Part shown: positions 13,601 through 25,600 of the stretch, piece after piece
How the letters are laid out: each line of letters opens with the position of its first letter
Numbering within the stretch: the first letter of the stretch is position 1
Origin: Antedon mediterranea
Lineage: Eukaryota; Animalia; Echinodermata
Assembly (NCBI RefSeq): GCF_964355755.1
Contig: NC_092679.1
Span: forward strand, 3,564,201-3,628,200
Direction: 5' to 3'
DNA: 64,000 bases
Made by a program: the position numbers and the translations under genes
The notes under the pieces: generated by a model
Told to the model about the DNA's origin: nothing
What the model saw: the letters and a program-made list of their open reading frames with translations, nothing else
Databases searched by the model: none

Positions 13601-16600
13601 ATTCTATACATATTTATTGTGTTTTTTTTTTCATAAATTTTTAAATATTATTGCATACAGTATACAGTAATATATACAGTAGGTTTAGATATCATACAGC
13701 ATTGATTTTAAATAACGTAATACCTCAATACAAGAATGCTGGAACGTTTGCGATATTAATATTGTTAAACTATAAAACTACTTGACATATATTTTCAATA
13801 TTTAAGTGTTTATTCCTGCATTTCACTGGTTTTTTCCTGTTTTGTTGAAGGATGAAACAATAAAATCTTTTTCAAACATGGTTAAGGCGCTAGTCGACAT
13901 TGGCAGCTCAGATGTGAACCAGGCTATACAGCCTCAGGATGTAGTTGATGGGAGAGATGAAACCGATGAACCACTCAAATGTAAGATAAATCTCTCTATT
14001 TTTACCATAATTGCAGCATCAGGCCTAGAACAGGCTGTGCAGAGAAAACAATACATCAAAAACTAATTTTACCAAACCAAAGCCAAATAACAGCCAACTG
14101 GTTTTCCAGAAAGTCTGGTATTCAGAATGTATTTTTTTTGGATTTTGGACCTCAAAGAAAGTTTGGTTTTTGGAGAGTTGACTGTAAAAAGGTCCCATAT
14201 TCAATTCAATTCTAAACATAGGGTAATGAGCTATTAGGAGCTCATTTTACTAAGCCTCGGCATTATGTGGCAGGGTGGCCAGTTCCTTTCCACACTGCAT
14301 TATCCTCCCTAGTATTTTCAACCAGGTACTCATTTACAGCTGAGTACACTGGGAGTTGTCTGGAATTGAACCCAGGTGTCTCTGTATGTCCTAACCAACT
14401 CATACTTGACTACCAAACATTATATGTATCAACATTTTGCAGATAAACAGTCGCCAATTCAGATGTTAGCTGCTTGTAATGAAAGATCTAACAAAGATGG
14501 CGGACAAACATTGATCAACCTGCTGCTGAGTTTTAAACCCGGATTAGATCGCAAAGACGGCAAAGGCAGAACACCATTGATCATTGCCATACTCAATGAT
14601 AATGTAGAAGCAGCCAAGTTGCTTGTAAGAAGTCACCAATGTGTTTTTTAAGCTCTGTCCACACTAGTTTGACAACAAAAAGTGTGATGTGCCCAAAAAG
14701 TGATATGCCCAAATATGGTAGTGATATCATGTCCATGTATAGGCACATCACATTTTTTTGTCCCATAAAGTTTGATAGTGTAGACAGAGCATAAGAAAGA
14801 TCACACAATAAATGTTTTGATATTTTAAGAGGTAAACTAAAAAGAAAAGTTAGTTTGTCTCTAATCAATAAAACACAAATCTGAAGATACATCCAAACAT
14901 ACTATATCTTGGAATTTAACAGATAAGACAGAAAAAGAAAGATGCAACATTATTATTTTACTTATTGGTTTACTTTCTGTATTAATTTATAGATTAAACA
15001 TGGAGCCAATATAAAAATTGCATCGGATGATTTGGAAGATGATGGAAAAGCCACTCCACTCGTATTGGCTGCAAGGTAGGCCAATAAATCATTCTTTTCT
15101 ATATGCCCTTTGACCTATTATCTATGCCTCTTTGACCCTCTATTTATGCCCTTTGACCCCTTATCTCGGGTCAGCAGAAACTGACTGATCTGTGACAATT
15201 TGACCATGTGTCTATGTTCCTTTGACCATCTCTCATTACCACTTTGACCCTCTATCTATGCCTGTTGATCACTTATCTCTGCCCCTTTGACTTTATATCT
15301 ATGGTCAGCAGAAACTGACTGATCTGTGACAATTAGGCCATCTGTCTCGATGGTTCTTTCACCATCTGTCTATGCCTCTCTATGACTATAATTCTTTTCA
15401 CCCCATCCACAGATGCAACCAGCTAGACCTTATGCATACTTTGTTGTCTAAGGGTGCATCAGTCACAGATATCGATGAGAAAAATAAAAAGACTGCTCTT
15501 CATTACGTTGCAAGCTCCTCAAAAAGTAAGTACATAGACTTGTCAAGCAAATTTGTGAGATGCGACGCTGAAAATTAACCCATTAAAATAATATTTGAAA
15601 ATGTTATTTTTTTTAAGCTGCCACTAAGCATAAAAGGTGCGACGCTGAAAATTTACACATTAAAATAATATTTAATTAATGTTATTCTTTTAAGCTGCAA
15701 GTGAAGTAGTTTCAATTGTTAAAGCACTTCTGAAGAAGAAAGCGCAAATAAACGCAATGGACGAACACAAACGAACACCCCTCCATCTTGCCGTGAATGC
15801 TAACGAAGGAGGGACGAATGCAACGGCGGAGGTAGTTGAGATTTTGTTGGAGAACAACGCCAATGTTTTTGCTAAGGATGCCGATGATTGTTTACCTCTT
15901 CACTATGCATTCTCAAAGATAAACAAGTAAGTCTAGTGAGATTAAATATCTTGTATTCTATCCTTAATAGAATTATGTAAATAATCAATTAATAAAAATA
16001 AACTTTATTTCTCTTATCTCAATAACAGTAACCAATACAGTTTTATGTAGAATAAATTAATAGGGGTGAAATCCCAGAAAGCAAATGCTTGTGAAATCTG
16101 AGAAACTTAATGTGCTTAGGTGCTTTACAAAATTCATTCATATTAAGGTAATGGTAATGTATAGTTTTGTATATATTCAGTGTGCTCAAAGTTAAAGCAT
16201 GTTTTTCTATGTTTAGTCCCAAAATCAGCAATATTTAAATAATTGATGTGTCTCAGTGCATGTTTGTTTAAATCTAATTGTAAATTATTTTATAGACTGA
16301 GTGATCATTCTCAAATGGACCCAATAGAAATGGCTACAACGATCATTGAAAGTATGAAACGAAGTCAAATTAACAGTCAAAATATTCGAGGACAAACGCC
16401 ACTTCACCTCGCTGCTTACCGCGGCGCTTCTATATCGGCGATGTACATTGTTGAGGTAATTTATAATAATAAGGAAATCTTATATTGCGTCTGTTTCCAT
16501 CACAAATTGGATGCTCAAAGCCGAGCTGATGATAAAGATGTTAAGCTTTTTTTTAATGTAACCTATTGCTGAGAGAATACTTTAAAGAAATGAACAGTTT

Positions 16601-19600
16601 TTCCTAGACAAAGTAATTTTACGAATGATTGTTAAAATGTTTCTTTTCAGAGGATACAAAATTATGAAGTCCGAGATAAGTTTGGGAACACACCACTGGC
16701 TACAGCAATGATTGGAGGATACGATAGGTAATATAATCTCTTTTTTTTTGATAGTTTCCAATTCAGGACCCTTTTCAATTTAAAGTTATTTTCTGTAGAC
16801 TAAACAAACATATTAGTTTTTCCTTAGTTTTAAGAGATTCTTATTAGACACAAACAAAAGCCTACTATCACTCCAGTCCCAAAATGATATAGAATAAAAT
16901 GTATCTAGGTCAAATTTTTACATTTTAAAATTTTTAGCATGTGTATTATGCTCATACAAAAGGGAGCAAATATCAACATTGATGTCACAGAAGTTACTGA
17001 CGAAATGCTAATCCCCCCAAAGAAAGACAAAGCTGAGAAAACCAAGAAGTACTGGCAGTGGAAACCTACCAAGACACCTCCAGACACGCCCACTACAATG
17101 CCATTCTTCAGGAGTGCCCTTGAGAAGAACTGGCAAGGTGTGTGCTATCTTGTCATGGATAGGTTGGATAAGTTTATGATGTCATATACCCAGGCTGTAC
17201 AGGTAGGTTTAAGATTGTACAATTAGTGGCACTGTGGCTTGGTGGTTTACATGTTTGCTTACCAATCCCAGGGTCCTTGGTTCTAATACTGTCACAGTTC
17301 TAGCACATACATAAAGCTCTGTCTACGCTATCACATTTTATGTGACAAAAAATGTGATGTGCCTATATATGGACATGATGATGTCATACCACTACCATAT
17401 TTGGGCATATCAAATTTTATGTGCCCATTATAGGACATGACATAGACATGATTTCATATTTGGGCATATCACTGCCATATTTGGGTATAGTTTGATAGTG
17501 TAAAAGACTTACAGAGAGTTAAAACCATATACCATATCTATTTTTAACCAATGTAAATAAGTAAAATATATAAATAAATAAAATATATAAATAAATAAAA
17601 ATCAATAATATTTTACATTTTTATTTTAAAGTGTGCATTTGAGGCTTTCAAGTACCAGATGGCATTGACAATGATTCGTAAACAAAAAGAGTCACAGAGG
17701 TTAACAGCCCTTAACAACAAAGGCCAGAACCTACTTCATTTATTATGCTTGAATGCACCGAAAGACGAATCTACAGACTTACAAGTACAGGTATTACCAT
17801 CATTATTTTCTAGTACTACCGGTACCATAGATGCAAAAAATGGTACACTGCCTTGCTATCTTGTTGCACTATTCCTTTTTTCATGAGACCCCTCAAGATG
17901 TATATACCCTTTTGAGGATTTAGAGTGCTATCCCCAATACCATACAAAATAATTGTGGTTTTTGTTCATTTTTATCTGTATTTGTACTTGTATATGGTAT
18001 GTGTATGGTGTCAAAATAAATCAAACCTTGTTTTGCATTAATATTTTTCGTCAGGTTGCTGATATGCTCGGTAAACGTGGCTTAAATTTCTTTCGCAAAG
18101 ACTCGTACTCGTGCACAGCCATCACGTACGCTGCAGCTTCACAGAATAACTCATTAATTGACTTCTTCTTTAGTAAGTATGCCTGTATATATAACACCTA
18201 ATTGAATTCCTGTCATTTGATTGGACGATTGTGGGTCACATTCCATGCAATAATACATACTATTTAATGATCATGTAATAGATTGTTTTGCATCTGCATG
18301 CAATCTAATAACATATATGAGAATTAATACATAATTTCTTTTTTTGCCTGTTGTATGTTATATACAATTTTTATTATATTATATTATTATTTTCTTTTGA
18401 TAGATTCTGATAATGATCAATTTGAGACATCAATCAGTACTCCAGATTCTATTGGTCGATTGCCAATGGCTGCCTTATTCTACAATCCTATATTTGATGA
18501 CAACACACATAATCTTATCAAGTGAGTTCTTCTTTGAAATAATGCATATTCAAAATTCAAATTCTTTATTCATCCCGCGTGGGGCAATATAAAAAGGACT
18601 GAAATAATATTTTTTTTTAAATACATAGTAATAATAAATTTTTAAAAAGCAAATCACAATTCCATATTCATCCTTTTCATAATTCATAATACTATGGACC
18701 ATGAACAGGAATTAATTTGGACTGTTATTTAACAGTCTAATACTAGTGGCAAAAAAAGAATTTAGTTTTCGTTTTGTCCTACACATAACACTCCGGTACA
18801 AGAGACCATGTGGTAGAAGTTTGAACTCATGAAATGGGGCATATTGAAAATCTTATATTCACACCAACAAACAATTAAAAAACATGTATAACCACAAAAA
18901 AATAATTTTTTGTTTATTTTACAGATTGTTCTTAAAATGTGGAGGTTCATTAAATATTCGTAGTCCAGTACCGTATGTTGAACCAGCACTTGCCAAGTTC
19001 TTGCCTCAACCAAAGAGCCTCAGCGAAGTCTTTCACGGTGCATCCGAGCGTAACATTGATCAGACACCACTCATTCTGTGTATTCGTAATGGTCTCTTCA
19101 AAGCTGTTGACTTCCTACTGAAGAATGGTGCTGATCCTAATTACCCAGACAAAGATATGGTCACACCACTGATGCATGCTGTCAAAAAGGTAATAAGAGT
19201 TTTTTTCTGTTTTTATATTTTGTGTTTATCTACTAAATTGTTCCTGTTTTTCTCTACTAAAATTATTTTGTTTGCCTCACTGTTAACTTTAACAGAAAAA
19301 TGAAATTTATTTTGATAGAATGATGTTGACATTGTGAAGTTATTATTGAACCATTCCTATGTGATTAAAAAGAAGGCTGAAATCATCCGAGGCTTTCAAC
19401 TAAATTATTCTAAATTAAGTTACCTTAACTGGGGAAGAAAGAAAGGAAAGCAGCCTAGGGCGAGAGGTAAACACTGCCTTATTTTCTCTTTTTTTTCAAA
19501 GTCTTGTTGTTGATATATGTCCACCTCACTCCTGAGGACGATCAAAGCATATTGATCGAAACGTCGAGAAACTCAACAGTTCTTTTCAGAACTAATATAC

Positions 19601-22600
19601 GTGGTATATCAACAAATATCTTTTTTTCAAATGTAACTTCATAATTGATTCATAATTTCAATCCCAATATTCTTTAAATGTTGTTTATTTAACACTGATG
19701 AATTCAGCTTATATTTTCAATTCAATATATCTCAATTAAAACCGGTAAAGTCCCAGCTGACTGGAAAGTAGCCCATGTTGTACCAATACATAAATCAGGC
19801 CCTGGTGACAATGTTGTAAACTATCGCCCCATCTCCCTGACGTCAGTGGTCGGGAAAATGCTTGAGCGCTTTATTGGAAAGCACATGGTTTCTCATGCTG
19901 ATAAACTTGGCCTTTTGCCTTCCACACAACATGGTTTCTGTAACAAAAGATCGTGTGTAACACAGCTTGCCACAATTTACCACCAATGGGCTAAATGTTT
20001 AGATGTAAACAAACCGCCAAGAGTTGATGCTGTGTTTTTAGATTGGTCCAAGGCTTTTGACAAGGTTTGTCATTCACTTCTCATTAATAAGCTACAAAAA
20101 TATGGCTTTGCCGGTAAGCTCATGAGTTGGTTACAATCTTTTCTGATTAACCGTAGCCAAGCAGTGTTATTCAAAGGTTCACTTTCAGATTGGAAAGATG
20201 TATTATCGGGGGTACCTCAAGGTTCCGTGTTGGGACCTATTCTTTTTAATTTGTATACATGTGAGCTCCCATCAATAGTTAACTCAAATATTGCATTATA
20301 TGCAGATGATACTGTGTTGTTCAGAGTAATAAATAATCAAGATGATTGTTTGAAGCTTCAAGACGATCTAACTGCCATAGCCCTATGGGGCAATGATAAT
20401 TATATGTCTCTAAATAACAGTAAATGTAAGGTTATGTCGATCTCTAGATCGAAAGTAAAACAGTATTTTCATTATGAAATTGATAATAAAGTACTAGAAA
20501 GTGTAACAGAATACAAGTATCTTGGTGTTACCTTGTCTTCAGATTTGAAGTGGAATAAACACATCTCTCTGACTACTGGTAAATGCAATAAACTTGTAGG
20601 ATTTATTAAGAGGTGTGTTAGAACCAATGATCAGACCGTTTTTCCTAAATTATTTAAGTCTATCATTAGGCCTGTAATTGAATACGCTTCACCTGTCTGG
20701 TTTCCATTTCTGCAAAGCACCATCAATCAGATTGAATCTGTTCAGAGACGCTTTACACGATCATGCTTCCCACGTTTTTTTCACATGGATTATGACATGC
20801 GGCCGTCATACGAACAAAGGTTACGGACTCTAAAATTACCCACGATTTATAATAGACTTAAATTCATCCGTGTTAAATTTGTTGTGAAGTGCCTCTGTAC
20901 AGATTTCCTAATTGATGGTGCTTTGCTACCTAAACCTGTTGAACGTAGAAGTGAGAAACTTGTTTTCAGACATGAGAAGTCTCGTACTAATGCTTTTTTT
21001 TATTCTGTTTTTATTTCATTTCCACGGATGTGGGATGAGATTCCGGTATATATAACAGACATGTTTATTTATAATGATTGCAATTTTTATTCTGTTTTAT
21101 ATAAATTCTATGTTACCGGGTTGTTAAATGTTTATCCTTGTTAATGTTATTTTGCCACCAGCACTATCAGGAGAGTCTTTTATAGCGATATTTTTTGCTT
21201 TTTGACAATCCGCCAGGATAGTGTTCTGCGCTTTTTCTCTGCTTGTTGTTGTTCTATGTAATATATGCTTTTTGTATTGTTTTTGTATTATTTTTTCTGG
21301 ATAATAAATGAATATGAATATGAATATGAATTGTTATCATAGGTTTTCAACAAAACGTATTTAGAAATAATTACAATGATAGTGATGATGAGGATGGAAA
21401 TTCATCAGAAGAAGAAATGGATGACGATGATGAGGATAATGATAATGAAGATGAGGAGATGGATGTAGATGATGAAGAAGATGAAGAGGGTAAAGATGAT
21501 GAAGAGGCAGATGAAGATATGGAAAATGGTATCGATGAAGAAAAGAAAGAGAATGGAAAAACAGATGCTAAGAAATCAAAGAAATCAAAGAAGAAGACAG
21601 GTAAGAAAATTCATGTTTGCTAGAAACTTGTAAAGGTTGCACTTTATAAAAATTTACTACCAATATTCAATATTATTCTCCTATAGAAAATATTAAAGCA
21701 TATTACTTTCACATATCACTTTTACTATCACTAACTTACTATTACTTTGTGTTCTCAAATTTACTTTGTATAAAGTACAACATTATGTCAGAATAAGCCA
21801 AACATCTAACCAATTTATAGAAAGTTATTACACCTATATTAAATATTATTCTCCTATGCTTTATTAAAGAATATTCCGTATTATAGTGTTCTGAAATGTA
21901 CTTTGTATAAAGTACAACATTATGTCAGATTAGGGCAAACCAATTTATGACCAATTTATAGAAAGTTATTAATAATTTAGGTATTTGTATAGCGCCAGAA
22001 TCAACTAAACCGAAGTAAAAATCAAAGGCTCTTATATTGGATGTTAAAAAGATGCGTTTTAAGTTCTTTTTAAAAATAGCAATAGAAGTTGAATGAGTAA
22101 AATGACGAGGGAGAGAATTCCAAAGAGAAGCAGCAGAGAACATAAAAGACCTTTGTCCATAAGATTTGGTGTTAATTATTACATATGTATTGAAGAGTAT
22201 ACTTTTTTCTTATCTGTACAATGATTTTTTTTTAGATTATCTTCTTTATTTGATATGGATATATTATGTAATCATGGTTTTTTGAAATAAAGAAATGAAG
22301 AATTATTGTATTTTATAGAAGATTTTAAAATGACAAGCAATGTTAACTTGAATGCAACCGATTCAAAAGCGCGTAATGTGATCCATCACGTTGTACACTC
22401 AAACGAAGAAGGAACGTACCAGAATGTGCAGATGTTAGAGCTCCTTGTGAGTGTCGGGGCTTCGTTAGACCAGAAAGACGTGAACGGCAAGACGCCTTTG
22501 GACTACGCTATGAACGTCAGATCGACTGAAATGACAGCGGCCATTCAAACGTTAAAGAAGGTGGCCGAGAAAAATAGGGTTAGTGATTCCTTAAATTTTC

Positions 22601-25600
22601 AGCAATCAGCTAATACTAAAAGGTATGATGACATCTATCTATGTATAAGTTTTTATATGCCGCCATACAAAGAACAAAACAATATTAGCATTATTAATTA
22701 AAAAGAAAAGTTTTAAGTTGACGTTTAAATAGATGTGCTGATGACATAATTTTTTTTAATTAATCCTTTTGTTTACATTTGTAAGGTCAAGCCTGAGGCT
22801 CTGAAGGTCAAATGGTCAGACAACATCCAATGGCAAGGGGAATCTCCGGACTTCCAGGAAGATTCCAAGAAAATGCTGCAAAAGCTGGAAGAAGAAATCC
22901 GTGGAGATGACCCAGACGACAAACCGTCTGCCCAAGTTGATGACAACTCTGGATTAACTGAGGGCGGGTGAGTTTTTTTTATGTGATATTGAATGTGATG
23001 GAAATGATGATGTCATATCACTTCCATATTTAGGCTTATCACTACCATATTTGAGCACATCAAATAACAGAGGCTGCATCTACAAAAGAAGCTTAGACCA
23101 AACCTTCTGTCTGAAGTTGGTAGAAACTAAACAAGAAGACTACACAGGACATTTTTGCAGTTAACTTGTGTAAATTCGAAAAATATTTTCTACTATTTCT
23201 TGCTTACAAATTACTTTATGCCTTTTTTTAGAGTGGTACTAATAGATCCTGAACTAAACATTCCATATAATGCTGTTATGACCAAGGTCGAAGTTCGCTA
23301 TGGTTTACAAGGAATGAATAATTTTTACAAGCTGCAGGTAATAATCATTTTACAATTTTTACTAATTTTCAGTAATAAATTTGTAATCATTTTTTCTCGC
23401 TACAAAAGCAGAACTGTTTTGTAATAATTTACTCTATAAATATAGATTATTCCTGATATTTAAATTGTTTAATTTTTAGAATTACAATGGAACCCCTATT
23501 GAGGGACATGCATAGTGTCAACTTATTGTGGGTGTCCCCTCAATTGACGTGTCCCATCAATCGATGTGTTCCCTCATTCGATGTGTCCCCTCAATTGAGG
23601 TGTCTCAAATAAGGAGAGCTCCACAATAATAAAAATGTGGAATTACCTTTTTATCTAGGTGATTCATCAAAAGGGAAAAGATGTATATGCGTTATTCACA
23701 CGTTGGGGCATGATTGGACAAAGTGGCCAGTTCCAATGTACACCATTCTCAACAAAGGAAGAAGCAGTCAAAGAGTTCTTGAAAGTATTTAGAAGTAAAA
23801 CTGGAAATAGTTGGAGTAATGTTAAGAAGTAGGTTCACTGATGCAATAACAATAATAACACTCTTTTTTTTTTTTCTAAAAATCAGTTATTATTTAAAAA
23901 AAATATCCTTAAAATAACATTTATAATTTAAACCAAAGCTTGATTATTTATTTTACTCCGTTTTTTTTTTTTTTCAGTTTTGAGAAGCAACCAAAGAAAT
24001 ATCGGTTAGTCAACGCTGATCCCTTGAAATCTAAGAGAGTTTATAAAGGAGAAAAGAATCCATCGTTTAGTAGTAAAATTGTATCAAAGTTACCAAGCCG
24101 TGTTATAGATGTAATGAAGAGTCTGGTAAGATTGTCATCATTGTTTTGATCTCTCTGTCATTTTAGTTTACACAGCTTTTTAATAAACCTCTTTAAATTG
24201 ATGTAACACTCGGTTTCTCTCTTTGTGTTTATTCTATATCTCATTTGTTGATGAAGTTCTGTCTACACTATCAAATTTTATTTGATAAAAAAATGTGATG
24301 TGCCCATATATGGTCACGATAATGTCATTATTACTACCATATTTGGGCACAGACGTTTGATAGTTTAGACAGAGCTTTAGAATTTTAAACCATTTGCAAT
24401 GTTACATGTTCTATGATTTCTACACTCTACAAAAATTGGATCATACTAAGTGTTATGTAGTCTGCTATTTATATTTAAAAACATCAATTTTTTATCAATC
24501 AGACAAATCACAAGATGTATGAAGCCTCCATGAGAGGTATTAACATTGACACCTCTTACTTACCAACCTCTATGATCTCGCGCGATGTACTCATGAAAGC
24601 CAAGAAAATCCTTACAAAAGTAAGCGAAAACTTAAAAGAATGTAACCGTCTACGAGATGAAAATCTGCTACAGGAAATCGAGAAATTCCAAAGCTTGATG
24701 GATGAGGTAGATATATATATATATATTTTATATATTAATATAGGTTGCAGTATGTATTTTTAACCAATTTATTGAGAATTTTTTTATTAAAACATATATC
24801 CGATACTATAATGCTTAAGTGAAGTTGAGTTTAGCAGTGTCCTCGCTAAATCTAATTCTATAAATTATTTTTATCTCTAGATTAATGATCTCAGCAATGA
24901 ATATTACGAACTCATTCCCCACATTGACTTCTCGTACCAAAATATATCACCACTAACGGACGAAAACACGCTCAAAGAAGCTGTTGAACTGATTACCAAT
25001 CTACTGGACTATGAGGTAGCAAGTAAAGTGATCCTGGGAGCACGCTTCAAACAACAAGGTGTGTACAGATAACATTATATCCTCTGTTAAGCTCTGTTCA
25101 CTTTTCTGTAAAACAAACAAAAATAAATACATGTTTTAACACTATAGCCAATCCCTAATTATGGATAACTCTATTCAGGGGACACTTTCCTGTGAAACAA
25201 ACAAGGGGAAATACATGTTTTGACATTACAGCCAACCTCTATTCAGAGGACACTTTCCTGTGAAACAAACCAGGGGAAATACATGTTTTGACATTACAGC
25301 CAACCTCTATTCAGGGGACACTTTCCTGTGAAACAAACAAGGGGAAATACATGTTTTGACATTACAGCCAACCTCTATTCAGGGGACACTTTCCTGTGAA
25401 ACAAACAAGGGGAAATACATGTTTTGACATTACAGCCAACCTCTATTCAGGGGACACTTTCCTGTGAAACAAACAAGGGGAAATACATGTTTTGACATTA
25501 CAGCCAACCTCTATTCAGGGGACACTTTCCTGTGAAACAAACAAGGGGAAATACATGTTTTGACATTACAGCCAACCTCTATTCAGGGGACACTTTATTG

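Noticed and set aside
19846-21144. RT ORF as a retron, DGR or domesticated RT partnered with the PARP
   Set aside because: Motifs, 3' UTR and tandem tail are those of a standard 5'-truncated LINE; no splice sites link it to PARP exons.
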